Source: Bacteroidales bacterium
GTDB lineage: Bacteria > Bacteroidota > Bacteroidia > Bacteroidales > FEN-979
NCBI GenBank assembly: GCA_016783905.1
Contig: JADHVQ010000003.1
Coordinates: 1-63,568 of the forward strand
Direction: 5' to 3'
Length of the DNA: 63,568 nucleotides
This document shows positions 50,806 to 60,913 of the stretch, one piece after another. The translations under genes were made by a program, and so were the position numbers. The notes beneath the pieces were generated by a model. It did not search any database, had not been told where the DNA came from, and worked only from the letters and a program-made list of their open reading frames with translations. Positions within the stretch are counted from its first letter, which is position 1, and every line of letters starts with the position of its first letter.

Positions 50806-51022
50806 TGAATATTTGTTTTGTGTTGTATTGTCTTATGGAAAGAACCTATCAGAAAAGAAAACGTTGAACCTTGAAATGGGTAAAAGAAAGCACTTGAAAA
50901 GGGTAAATGATAGAATACGGGAATCAAATTCGGTGCAAATATAATTAATCTTCGTCAATTATCAAAAAAATTGAGTTTCTTTCCTAACTTCGCGTTGCAA
51001 ATCACTGAATAAGTAGCACGCC

Positions 51023-51496
51023 ATGATTCAACGTATTCAAACCATTTTTCTGGTCCTTGCAGTGATCTCCGGGGCACTCCTGTTTTATTTTCCCCTGGCC
51101 GAATATTACCATGAATTATATGGGAACTACAAATTCTTTGTGACGGAACTGAAATCGATGGACCCGGATCCGAAAATCACCACATCCATCTGGTTTACCT
51201 CTCCACTCTGGCTCATTGCCGGAGCCTCCATAATCCTCACCCTGATCTCCATTTTTCTATATAAAAACAGGCTGACCCAACTTCGTCTGGTTGCCTTCAA
51301 CATCCTGCTCAACATTGGTCTCGTGGTCCTGGTCTTTATCATCTACTCAAGCAAAATCACTGAACTTACCCAGATTGAACCCGCTTATCAGATAGGAATC
51401 TTTTTGCCACTGATCTCCCTCGTTTTTCTTATTCTGGCTAATCGCTTTATCCGCAAGGACGAAGCCCTTGTTAAAGCTGCTGACAGACTTAGATAG
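51023..51496 (+). CDS. DUF4293 family membrane protein
   Basis: MIQRIQT start, IFLYKNR..Q, IRKDEALVKAADRLR end. Confidence 0.88.
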   Translation: MIQRIQTIFLVLAVISGALLFYFPLAEYYHELYGNYKFFVTELKSMDPDPKITTSIWFTSPLWLIAGASIILTLISIFLYKNRLTQLRLVAFNILLNIGLVVLVFIIYSSKITELTQIEPAYQIGIFLPLISLVFLILANRFIRKDEALVKAADRLR

Positions 51497-51501
51497 AAGA
51501 T

Positions 51502-52848
51502 ATGTTAGAAATTCTCATTGGTGTTTCAGTGCTGATCCTGATCACCGGATTTAGCCTTATTTTCTGGAAACTGAACCGCTCTTCAGCCCGACGAGGAGGG
51601 GACTCAATCGATGACGTGAACAAGCGGCTGGAGGAGATGACCTCTGCAAAGAGGGTTGCCGAGGAGAAGATCTCCTGGCTGAACGAACAGCTTCAGGGGT
51701 ATGCCCACGAAACACAGCAAAAAGAGTCTGCCATCCTGGAACTGAACGGTCAGATCTCACGGAAAGAGGCCGAGATCAAGGCAATGACCGAGAAATTCAC
51801 GGAACAGAAAGCCGGGATAGAACAACTGCAGGAGAAATTCCGGATCGAATTCAAGAACCTTGCCAACGAAATCCTGGAAGAGAAAACACAAAAATTCACC
51901 GAACAGAATAAAACGCGTCTCGAAGAGATCCTGAAACCCCTGGGTGAAAAGATCCGGGATTTTGAGAAAAAGGTGGAAGAGACCTATGATAAAGAATCGA
52001 AAGAACGCTTCTCGCTCGCCAGGGAAATCAAGAATCTGGCAGATCTCAACCAGCAAATCAGCAAAGAGGCGAGTAACCTGACCAACGCACTCAAAGGACA
52101 ATCCAAAACGCAGGGCAATTGGGGCGAAATCATCCTTGAGAGCATCCTTGAAAAATCAGGTTTGATGCGAGACAGGGAATATGTAGTTCGGCAATCTTAT
52201 GTCAACGAACAGGGTCGCCGCCTTCAACCGGATGTGGTAGTCAATTATCCGGGTGACCGCCATGTGGTCATCGACTCCAAGGTCTCCCTTACCGCGTATG
52301 AACGATTTGCTTCTGCCGACTTAAAAGAGGAGCAGGAGAGTGCCCTGCGCGATCACCTCATCTCGATAAAAAACCACGTGAACGAACTGAGTTCTAAAAA
52401 TTACCAGGATCTGTATCAACTGAAAAGCCTGGATTTTGTGATGATGTTCATGCCGGTCGAACCTGCCTACCTGGTAGCCATGCAGGGAGAACCCAGCCTC
52501 TGGAATTACGCTTATGAACGGCGTGTTCTGCTGATTAGTCCCACCAACCTGATAGCTGCCTTGCGCATGATTTCCAATCTCTGGCGGGTAGAGAACCAAA
52601 ATAAAAACGCCCAGGAGATCGCCCGGCAAAGCGGAGAGCTGCTGGATAAACTGGCCGGGTTTGTGAATGATCTCATGGATATCGGGACCAAACTGGATTC
52701 CACAAGGAAGAGTTATGACGCCGCCGTAAATAAGTTCTCTACGGGCAAAGGAAACCTGGTCAGAAGGGCGGAGAAGATCAGAGAACTGGGTGCCAAATCC
52801 AGTAAGGAACTCCCCGGCCAGATCCTTGAAAATGCTGATAATGAATGA
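51502..52848 (+). CDS. rmuC: DNA recombination protein RmuC
   Basis: QGNWGE, LQPDVVV, IDSKVSL, FVMMFMP, SPTNL. Confidence 0.93.
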   Translation: MLEILIGVSVLILITGFSLIFWKLNRSSARRGGDSIDDVNKRLEEMTSAKRVAEEKISWLNEQLQGYAHETQQKESAILELNGQISRKEAEIKAMTEKFTEQKAGIEQLQEKFRIEFKNLANEILEEKTQKFTEQNKTRLEEILKPLGEKIRDFEKKVEETYDKESKERFSLAREIKNLADLNQQISKEASNLTNALKGQSKTQGNWGEIILESILEKSGLMRDREYVVRQSYVNEQGRRLQPDVVVNYPGDRHVVIDSKVSLTAYERFASADLKEEQESALRDHLISIKNHVNELSSKNYQDLYQLKSLDFVMMFMPVEPAYLVAMQGEPSLWNYAYERRVLLISPTNLIAALRMISNLWRVENQNKNAQEIARQSGELLDKLAGFVNDLMDIGTKLDSTRKSYDAAVNKFSTGKGNLVRRAEKIRELGAKSSKELPGQILENADNE

Positions 52849-53597
52849 AAAAAGAAAATTTCATATTTGGATTACGCCCCGTTATCGAAGCCATCAAATC
52901 GGGCAAAGAGTTGGACCGGATTTTGCTCCAGAAAAACCTCCGCGGAGAATCCTTTCGCGAACTCTTCAACCTGATCCGCGAGCTTGAGATCCCTTTTCAA
53001 TTTGTTCCTTTGGAGAAGCTGAACCGCCTCTCCAAACAAAACCATCAGGGAGTGATAGCCTGGGTCACTGACATCAGCTACCAGAAGATCGAAGATATCC
53101 TTCCTCTCTTGTATGAGGATGGCAGGGTGCCTCTCATACTCCTCCTGGAAGGCATCACCGATGTCAGAAATATGGGAGCCATCGCCCGTACGGCGGAATG
53201 TGCCGGAGTGGATGCCATCGTGATTCCTCTCAAGGGTTCGGCCATGATCAACTCAGAAGCAATCAAAACATCAGCCGGAGCACTTTACAAAGTTCCGGTT
53301 TGCCGGACATCCAAACTAAAAGAGACTATCACCCTGATGAAAGAGAGCGGATTACAGGTGGTAGCAGCCACAGAGAAAGGAAGCAGAGACTATACGTCAG
53401 CCGATTTTATCAGCCCGCTCGTCCTCATAATGGGATCCGAGGGAACCGGCATTTCCAACGAGCTACTGAACCTGTGTGATGAACGCATCAGAATCCCACT
53501 TGCCGGAGAAATCGAATCCCTTAATGTCTCTGTGGCAGCAGGAATTCTCCTTTTTGAGATCATACGGCAGAGAAACAACACACATGTACATCGTTAA
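52845..53597 (+). CDS. rlmB: 23S rRNA Gm2251 methyltransferase RlmB
   Basis: NHQG, DVRNMGAIART, MGSEGTG, ESLNVSVAAG. Confidence 0.92.
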   Translation: MKKENFIFGLRPVIEAIKSGKELDRILLQKNLRGESFRELFNLIRELEIPFQFVPLEKLNRLSKQNHQGVIAWVTDISYQKIEDILPLLYEDGRVPLILLLEGITDVRNMGAIARTAECAGVDAIVIPLKGSAMINSEAIKTSAGALYKVPVCRTSKLKETITLMKESGLQVVAATEKGSRDYTSADFISPLVLIMGSEGTGISNELLNLCDERIRIPLAGEIESLNVSVAAGILLFEIIRQRNNTHVHR

Positions 53598-53787
53598 AAT
53601 ACAAGGAACGACAAAGATTCCTGATTTCATTCAGATCAGGGATGACGATTTTACCCTGATCGCTTACTTCAGGATCAACAATCCAAGGCGGGCATTGAAC
53701 CGGTGCCGGTTGATCGACAAACAAGAGGAGATTATAAACCTGGCTAAAAAATTACCTTATGGGAAAATTCAAAAGCTGGAACTGTGA
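53584..53787 (+). CDS. Small conserved hypothetical protein (67 aa)
   Basis: MYIVKIQGTTKIPDFIQIRDDDFTLIAYFR; ATG overlaps the end of rlmB. Confidence 0.65.
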   Translation: MYIVKIQGTTKIPDFIQIRDDDFTLIAYFRINNPRRALNRCRLIDKQEEIINLAKKLPYGKIQKLEL

Positions 53788-53826
53788 CCTTTGTTATCTA
53801 CATTTGTAAAAAAAAATTCCTTCAAC

Positions 53827-54501
53827 ATGCCCGGAGATTTAATTATTATCCTGGATAAAGTGTCTGTCTATCAGAATGAAAACCTGATCCTGGCCAATGT
53901 TTCGCTGACCGTTAGCCGGGGCGAGTTCGTTTACCTGATCGGTCGGACCGGAACAGGGAAAAGCAGTCTGCTGAAGACCCTCTATGCCGAATTGCCCATC
54001 CGTATTGGCACCGCCGGGGTGGCGGGCTATGATTTGAGAAAAGTGCGCAGGCATGAGGTCCCGTATCTTCGGCGGAAGCTGGGTATTGTATTTCAGGATT
54101 TCCAGTTGCTGATGGATCGCACAATCAATGAAAACCTGCTGTTTGTCATGCGCGCTACCGGATGGAAAGACAACATCCTGATGACCAAACGTCTCCAGGA
54201 AGTGCTGGCAAAAGTAGGCCTGCAAACCAAAGGGAACAAGATGCCTCATCAGCTATCCGGGGGTGAGCAGCAACGTGTCGCCATCGCCCGGGCGCTTGTC
54301 AACGACCCGGAGATCATTTTGGCCGATGAACCTACCGGGAATCTCGATCCCGAAAGCTCCGAAGGAATCATCAGCCTCCTGATGGATATCTCCAAGACGG
54401 GGCGGGCCGTTTTGATGGCCACACACAATTACGCGATGTTTGAAAAATATCCGGCCCGAACCCTGAAATGTGAATTTGGGAAGGTGATCCCCGTGAACTA
54501 A
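53827..54501 (+). CDS. FtsE-like ABC ATP-binding protein
   Basis: [43 protein letters not shown]. Confidence 0.85.
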   Translation: MPGDLIIILDKVSVYQNENLILANVSLTVSRGEFVYLIGRTGTGKSSLLKTLYAELPIRIGTAGVAGYDLRKVRRHEVPYLRRKLGIVFQDFQLLMDRTINENLLFVMRATGWKDNILMTKRLQEVLAKVGLQTKGNKMPHQLSGGEQQRVAIARALVNDPEIILADEPTGNLDPESSEGIISLLMDISKTGRAVLMATHNYAMFEKYPARTLKCEFGKVIPVN

Positions 54502-55499
54502 TCTCCCAGGGTGGCAACCATTACAGCCTTGATGGTATGTAACCGGTTTTCAGCTTCATCAAAAACAATGGAAGCGGGGGATTCAAATACCTCCTCACTG
54601 ACCTCCAGGCCATCAAGATTGTATGTTGTGAAAATCTCATACCCCACTTCGGTATCTTTGTTATGAAATGAGGGGAGGCAATGCATAAATTTCACCTTCG
54701 GATTGCCCGTTTTTTCCATCATGGCTTTGTTTACCTGGAAAGGCAGCATCTCTTTAATTCGTTCTTCCCACAACTCTTTCGCCTCGCCCATGGATAACCA
54801 AACGTCGGCATAGACAAAATCCACACCTTTCACCGCTTCATCGATATCCTCGGAAAGCGTAATCTTTGCACCCGTCTCTTTCGCCATAACACGGCAACGA
54901 TCTACAAGCTCTTCTTCCGGCCAGTATTTTTTAGGAGCAAACGCCCGGAAGTCCATCCCCATCTTGGCGGCGCCAACCATCAACGAATTCCCCATGTTAT
55001 TCCGTGCATCCCCGCAATAAACAAAAGAGATGTGGCGCAGCGGTTTATCCGAATGCTCCATCATGGTCAGAAAATCAGCCAGGATCTGGGTGGGATGGAA
55101 TTCATTGGTAAGCCCGTTCCATACCGGCACCCCCGCATATTTACCCAGCTCTTCCACGATCTCCTGTCCGAATCCACGGTACTCAATGCCATCGTACATC
55201 CGTCCCAATACCCTGGCTGTATCCTTCATGGTCTCTTTTTTACCGATATGTGAACCCTCCGGGCCAAGGTAGGTAACCTGTGCACCCTGGTCGTAAGCAG
55301 CTGCCTCAAACGCACATCGTGTCCGGGTGGAAGCCTTCTCAAAAATCAAAGCAATGTTCTTTCCTTTCAGCCTTTGGTGCTCTGTTCCTGCATATTTTGC
55401 TTTTTTCAGATCCCAGGAGAGATCAAGTAAAAATTTAATCTCCTGCGGGGTAAAATCCAGTAACTTTAGAAAGTTGCGGTTTCTCAGATTAAATGACAT
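54498..55499 (-). CDS. argF: Ornithine carbamoyltransferase
   Basis: STRTR, HPTQ, WLSMG, HCLP, AENR. Confidence 0.95.
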   Translation of the reverse strand: MSFNLRNRNFLKLLDFTPQEIKFLLDLSWDLKKAKYAGTEHQRLKGKNIALIFEKASTRTRCAFEAAAYDQGAQVTYLGPEGSHIGKKETMKDTARVLGRMYDGIEYRGFGQEIVEELGKYAGVPVWNGLTNEFHPTQILADFLTMMEHSDKPLRHISFVYCGDARNNMGNSLMVGAAKMGMDFRAFAPKKYWPEEELVDRCRVMAKETGAKITLSEDIDEAVKGVDFVYADVWLSMGEAKELWEERIKEMLPFQVNKAMMEKTGNPKVKFMHCLPSFHNKDTEVGYEIFTTYNLDGLEVSEEVFESPASIVFDEAENRLHTIKAVMVATLGD

Positions 55500-55510
55500 A
55501 CATTTTCAAA

Positions 55511-55531
55511 TTACGATTTACGATTTACGAA
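55511..55531. repeat. Heptamer array (TTACGAT)x3 in the argF leader
   Basis: ttacgat ttacgat ttacgaa; reverse complement of the 18024 array family. Confidence 0.75.
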
Positions 55532-55548
55532 TGGGCAAAATTAGTGAA

Positions 55549-56730
55549 TTACCGGAAGGTGCCAAATCTCAGACCCGCCGTAAACGTAATAGAATGGCGG
55601 TGATCGGAAAGCATGCTGTTAAAAACGTTATTGTCCTTATCTGCTGAGAGATAGCTGTATTCGGCCCGCAAATAAGAGTTGCGAACAGGATTGAACTCTA
55701 CTCCAACCGTACCCCCATAGGTGAGCAACCCTCTGAGCTTGCCATCATAGGCATAAAGAGGGGTGACTGAACCATCGGGATCGCTCAGGTACTCACCACG
55801 AACCGAGGTTGCAAACCATTTCGTAAACCGATAGGTCGCCTGGAGAAATCCCGAAATTCCTGATGCGATACTCGTCGTATCAGGGGGTTTCTTGGAATTT
55901 CCATAAACGCCAAAATCAACCTCTCCTACCAGCCATAAGTTTATAACCGGTTTTACAGTAAGAATGAGATTGTTATACAGGTAAAAGTGGTTTTGTTCCG
56001 ATGTGACAATTGATGCATTCCCCAGCATATTGTTGTAATTCACGGAAAAAATATCCCTGTAATTATACTTCAAGGTCATACCCCCGTAAATGCGCTTGTT
56101 CTTACCATATGCCAGTGTATATTGATTCCCCACGTAAATTCCGGCAAAGAGAGAGGGAGTTAGCTGCCCGGATATCTCCACGCCAAGAAAATTTCCTGTT
56201 TCAAAGTATCCCCCTACAGTTACCGTACTGATCTGATTCCGGATTGGATACGAAGACTCATAACCAACCGGGTTGGGGAGATACCCGATATCAACCCAAT
56301 AGTTCTTATAGACCCGGAAGCCGAAATGTGCCTCTCGCATATATTTGATAAATTGTTCCTCCGGGGTGGAACGCAGGTTGGGAACATCTCCAAACTGGAC
56401 TAATAATTTCCCGCGGATGTTTTTCGAATTATACTCCAGCCAGAGACTGGCAACATTGAGCCTGAATTCATCCGCAAATGGGCAGTTTGCCGCAAATTCC
56501 TTCAGGTTGGAGGTATCTCCCTCCGGATCATTCAGGGTAAACGTGTAATACGCATCTAGATAGACACTCCCATCAAAGTTCCGGAGAAACTGCTGAAACT
56601 TTTCCCGCAGGCCGGGAGAGAGTGTATCACTTTGTGCCTGAAGGGTATTGATACTAATAACCATTCCCACAGACACAACCAGGAGGGTGAGTATCTGCTT
56701 GGGCCGGCTCATTAAAAGGAACTGTTTCAT
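55549..56730 (-). CDS. Putative outer-membrane beta-barrel (BBP2/porin-like)
   Basis: Signal peptide, GSVYLDAYY, VGYES, RGEYLSD, LRAEY, alternating terminal strand ending near F. Confidence 0.7.
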   Translation of the reverse strand: MKQFLLMSRPKQILTLLVVSVGMVISINTLQAQSDTLSPGLREKFQQFLRNFDGSVYLDAYYTFTLNDPEGDTSNLKEFAANCPFADEFRLNVASLWLEYNSKNIRGKLLVQFGDVPNLRSTPEEQFIKYMREAHFGFRVYKNYWVDIGYLPNPVGYESSYPIRNQISTVTVGGYFETGNFLGVEISGQLTPSLFAGIYVGNQYTLAYGKNKRIYGGMTLKYNYRDIFSVNYNNMLGNASIVTSEQNHFYLYNNLILTVKPVINLWLVGEVDFGVYGNSKKPPDTTSIASGISGFLQATYRFTKWFATSVRGEYLSDPDGSVTPLYAYDGKLRGLLTYGGTVGVEFNPVRNSYLRAEYSYLSADKDNNVFNSMLSDHRHSITFTAGLRFGTFR

Positions 56731-56733
56731 GGA

Positions 56734-57966
56734 TTACTTTCTTGGAATAGGTGGTTTAGGCTCAGGTTCCAGATCAGGCAATACACTGCTGATCCGTTGA
56801 AAGGCTTTCAAATGAAAAGCCGGAAGTGTATCATATACATGTTCGAAAAAGTCGGCCTGGAAATTTTCGAATGCTACCCAGTCGGGGGAGTTATAAAATG
56901 TATAAACTTCTACCGGAAGTCCGTTTTCAGCCGGCTGTAACTGGCGAATCATCAATGTTGTATCCTGATTGATAATCGGTTTACTTCTGAGATGATGGGC
57001 CAGGTATCTGCGAAAAAGACCCAGGTTGGTAACCTCTTCATCTTTCGGGAGCCATGCATCAACCGAAAATCCCTTCGCCCGGAGCCCTTCAATCAACTCC
57101 TCACTGACCTTCTCGATGGTCCTCACATCCACCAGAAAGGAACGTTTCATCCGTCGTCCTCCAGCCTCAGCAAAACTACGCCAGTTCATGAATGAGTCAG
57201 TGATCAGCGAATAGGTGGGAACCAGGCTTACTGAGTTATCGAAGTTTCTGACCTTCACCGTGACCAGGGAGATGTCGAAGACCGTGCCGTCTGTGTTAAA
57301 CTTGGGCGCCGTGATCCAGTCACCGATCTGCAGGGCTTTGTTGCTGGAGAGCTGAATCCCGGCAACAAATCCCAGGAGACTGTCCTTGAAGATCAGCATC
57401 AGCACCGCCGACATGGCCCCAAGTCCAGCCAGCATAGTGATTGGTGACTTCCCTACCAGGATGGAAATCATGATGATCCCGCCAATGACCAGCGTGACGA
57501 TTTTGCCAATCTGGATATATCCTTTGATCGGTTTGGCATCGGAGACCTCAAACTCCCGGTAGATCTTCTGCACCGCGTTAAGAAATGAGATCACCACCAG
57601 GATGAGAATGAAGGCGATATACAGGTTAATCCCAAGGTGAATGTATTTGACCGCCAGAGCATAGGAGGAGAGGACCGATTCAATGCTTACATTCATGATA
57701 AGTGGCGGGATCAGGAGAGCCAGCCGGGTAAAGACCTTCTGTGAATACAGATGATCGTCCCACGTGCTTGGCGTACGCTTTATCAACCTTTTCAATACAC
57801 GGTTGATGATGTACTTGGCAATGTAGTAAACAATTACCGAAATGAATAAGATCAGGATGAGTACTGAAAAATCTACAAAATACCCTGCCCAGGTATCGTT
57901 CATCCCCCAATTAAGAAGAAGATTCCTGAACTTTTCGCTAAACGTTGTTGCAGCCGTCTCTGTCAT
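56734..57966 (-). CDS. MscS-family mechanosensitive channel (YbdG-like)
   Basis: GLGAMSAVLMLIFKDSLLGFVAGIQL, GDWI, TVKVRNFD, GGRRMKR, GLPVEVY. Confidence 0.9.
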   Translation of the reverse strand: MTETAATTFSEKFRNLLLNWGMNDTWAGYFVDFSVLILILFISVIVYYIAKYIINRVLKRLIKRTPSTWDDHLYSQKVFTRLALLIPPLIMNVSIESVLSSYALAVKYIHLGINLYIAFILILVVISFLNAVQKIYREFEVSDAKPIKGYIQIGKIVTLVIGGIIMISILVGKSPITMLAGLGAMSAVLMLIFKDSLLGFVAGIQLSSNKALQIGDWITAPKFNTDGTVFDISLVTVKVRNFDNSVSLVPTYSLITDSFMNWRSFAEAGGRRMKRSFLVDVRTIEKVSEELIEGLRAKGFSVDAWLPKDEEVTNLGLFRRYLAHHLRSKPIINQDTTLMIRQLQPAENGLPVEVYTFYNSPDWVAFENFQADFFEHVYDTLPAFHLKAFQRISSVLPDLEPEPKPPIPRK

Positions 57967-57976
57967 GGTGCTATCA

Positions 57977-58873
57977 TTAAGGAACAATTACTTGCAAAGA
58001 TAAAGGATGAACTTTAACGGTTAAGGTTTTTCCCTCTTTCCTGGGATCGCCATCCAGATGAATGTATTTTCCCTTCTTTCTCTTAACGATGACCTCCCTG
58101 GCCCGGATGATCTCCAGGTAGGGAGTTTTGTCAAACTTTCGGGTGAATACCAGTGGTGACAGAAGTATGATCTTCCAGAAAGGAAGTTTCCTGACAATAC
58201 ACACATCAATAAAGCCATCATCAAGAGAAGCATTGGGAGCAATCGTAGTATTGTTCCCAAACTGGCTCGAATTGGCAAAACTGATCAGAAGCGCTCTCCT
58301 CCTCACCACCTTCCCGTCAATCGTTATCTTATATTTTTTCGGTTTGTATTTTCTGTATGAAACAGTCGAAATGGAGAAATAGGAGAAAAATCCACGCCCG
58401 GTAGCCTGTTCAAACTTGCGGGCCACATGGGCATCGAACCCTACCCCGGCCATGTTGACAAACAAAGCTCCATTCAGGGTTGCAGTATCAATCTTTTGCC
58501 GATTCCCCTGGTTGATGATTCTGATAGCTTTCCGGAAATTCAACGGAAGCCGCAGGTGACGGGCCAATCCATTACCCGATCCAGTGGGTATGATAGCGAG
58601 TGCCGTATCAGTCCCAACCAATCCTTGTCCAACCTCATTTACCGTTCCGTCACCCCCAACTGCGACCACTACTGAAGCCCCTTCTTCCACAGCTTCCCTG
58701 GCTAAGCGGGAAGCATGACCCTTCTCTTCAGTGAAAAGAACCTCATAGCTGAATCTGGAATTATCAAGGTATTTTTCAACAACCTTCCCAATCTTTTTCT
58801 GCCGTCCGGAACCGGAAACGGGATTGACAACGAAGAGAATCCTCTCCTTGGGATATGTGGCAGGGGTCGTCAT
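57977..58873 (-). CDS. Diacylglycerol kinase family lipid kinase (YegS-like)
   Basis: VNPVSG, GGDGTVNE, PTGSGNGLAR, GVGFDA, HLDGD. Confidence 0.92.
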   Translation of the reverse strand: MTTPATYPKERILFVVNPVSGSGRQKKIGKVVEKYLDNSRFSYEVLFTEEKGHASRLAREAVEEGASVVVAVGGDGTVNEVGQGLVGTDTALAIIPTGSGNGLARHLRLPLNFRKAIRIINQGNRQKIDTATLNGALFVNMAGVGFDAHVARKFEQATGRGFFSYFSISTVSYRKYKPKKYKITIDGKVVRRRALLISFANSSQFGNNTTIAPNASLDDGFIDVCIVRKLPFWKIILLSPLVFTRKFDKTPYLEIIRAREVIVKRKKGKYIHLDGDPRKEGKTLTVKVHPLSLQVIVP

Positions 58874-60846
58874 GGAAGTAATAACCGGTTCTCAATCATC
58901 CGGTTGTTATATTGCTGGATATAGGCTTTGATAAATTGTTCCATCTGCTGCCTGACCTCCGGATGTGATGATACAAGATTCTGTTTTCTGCTTACGTCTG
59001 CATGCACATCATACAAAGAGAGACTTTCAGATCCGTTAAATTCCAGGACATACCCCTCTTTGATCAACGTATAGATGCCGGAAACATAATGAATGGAGAA
59101 GTGGGGCGCCGAACGATCCATCATATCGGTGCCAAAAGCGATATAATCCTTGTCATAACCCATGTAGCTCAGAATGGTAGGTAGGATATCCGTCTGCTGG
59201 GCGATCTCCCGGTAGATCCCACGTTGTCTCTCATCCGGAAAGAGGATCAGGATCGGAATGGCATATTGTCCCACCGGCCCCTTATAATAGGGGTAATAGC
59301 CTTCAGAAGTATGATCTGCTGTGATCACAATGATGGTATTCCTGTACCATGGCATACGTTGAATGGTGTCCATGAAGCGGCCCAGGGCAAAATCTGAATA
59401 CATGATACTCTGCTGGATAGGTAGCTTTCCTTCCCGAAAAACATGCCGGTATTTCCCAGGAACAAAATAAGGATGATGTGCAGAGAGAGAATACAATAAA
59501 GCTACAAAGGGCTGTTTCAACTCATTCATCCGCTGGGCTGAATACTGAAAAAACTCCTCATCCCTGATCCCCCACTTGCCATCATAGTCGCGTTCATCAT
59601 TGTATTCTGTCCGTCCGAAATAGTGATCAAATCCCACCACACGGGTGTACATATCATAGCCCATGGTACCGTTCGTCCCGCCATGGAAAAATGCTGTGCT
59701 GTACCCTTTTGGTTTCAGTAACCCGGCAATACTTGTATACCGGTTCCCGGAATAAGTTGATTGGGTCAAGGCATCGTTCATCAGGCTCGGGATAGATGAA
59801 AGAATGGCCGGGATGGCCTTAATAGAGGTCTTTTCGTTGGCAAATCCTTCAACGTAGGTTCCCCTTTGGATCAGGGAGTCAAATACAGGGGTAAACCCCC
59901 TGTATCTTCCGTTATCCAGGTGTTTGTTCAGGAAGCCGATATGTTCCCTCGAAAAACTTTCCATCACGATGATCAGCACATTATAGGGTTTGAACCCGCT
60001 TTTCATTCCGGAATGAAGCGGTGAATAAACCTTCTCGAGATCTGCCTCGGAGGAAAAATATGCCTTTCGCTCCAGGCTACTATGGGTAAAGGTCTTAACA
60101 ATGGCAAAGGGGGTGTTCAATACCAGGGGGACGTCCCTGGTAGATGTATATTTTCCCGCTGTGACCAAACTGATGGGCCGTAACTGGAATCCTCCACGAA
60201 ACCCGGTCACCACCAGGAATATGATCACGGCAAAGATCACGGAATGAACGGCGTAATAGCGAAATCCCATCGTCCTGGGAGGAGAATCCTTGATCCGGAT
60301 CTTCCGGCAAACCAGGATCATGATCAAAACAAATCCGATCCAGAGAAGTTGAACATACCAGAAGTCCTTGATGAATTGGGGCAGTAATCGATCGAAATCC
60401 CCTCCAACCTCAATAAACTTAAAGATATCGGAAGTCATGCGCTTCAGGGTGAACCTGAAATAGACAATATCAATGAAATTGGTCAACAACACCAGGGAGT
60501 TGATGATGTAAAAGAGACCGTTGGCGAATCCCTGGTAACCTTTCCCGACACGGAATTTGAAGGGAATGGAATTCATCAGGATGAAGGGTAGATTCAGGAT
60601 CAGCAGAACGGAGAGATCAAAACGCAGCCCGGCGATAAAAATCTGAATCAGCTCCGTGAAAGGGATGGAATGAAAATAAGATAAATTAAAGAGATAGAAC
60701 AGGATGCGGGAAAGAAACATCAGGAGCAGTACCATTAATAGTTTGAGCGTCATTGCTACATACATGTTTCCGGTGAAACCCTTCTTTCCTGACCGTTTTG
60801 TAACGGTTCTTCGCTTCGTTCCCTTTTTTCGCGCTCTTTTACCCAT
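58870..60846 (-). CDS. LTA synthase / sulfatase family membrane protein
   Basis: Five N-terminal TMs, IVMESF, SAHHPY, ITADH, QQTDILPT; a -7 box near 60870 supports start 60846. Confidence 0.88.
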   Translation of the reverse strand: MGKRARKKGTKRRTVTKRSGKKGFTGNMYVAMTLKLLMVLLLMFLSRILFYLFNLSYFHSIPFTELIQIFIAGLRFDLSVLLILNLPFILMNSIPFKFRVGKGYQGFANGLFYIINSLVLLTNFIDIVYFRFTLKRMTSDIFKFIEVGGDFDRLLPQFIKDFWYVQLLWIGFVLIMILVCRKIRIKDSPPRTMGFRYYAVHSVIFAVIIFLVVTGFRGGFQLRPISLVTAGKYTSTRDVPLVLNTPFAIVKTFTHSSLERKAYFSSEADLEKVYSPLHSGMKSGFKPYNVLIIVMESFSREHIGFLNKHLDNGRYRGFTPVFDSLIQRGTYVEGFANEKTSIKAIPAILSSIPSLMNDALTQSTYSGNRYTSIAGLLKPKGYSTAFFHGGTNGTMGYDMYTRVVGFDHYFGRTEYNDERDYDGKWGIRDEEFFQYSAQRMNELKQPFVALLYSLSAHHPYFVPGKYRHVFREGKLPIQQSIMYSDFALGRFMDTIQRMPWYRNTIIVITADHTSEGYYPYYKGPVGQYAIPILILFPDERQRGIYREIAQQTDILPTILSYMGYDKDYIAFGTDMMDRSAPHFSIHYVSGIYTLIKEGYVLEFNGSESLSLYDVHADVSRKQNLVSSHPEVRQQMEQFIKAYIQQYNNRMIENRLLLP

Positions 60847-60913
60847 ATGTCCCCGGTTGATACGTGCAAAATTACTACTTTTGACCATCTTTTCAAGAAC
60901 GAAAAAAACTACG

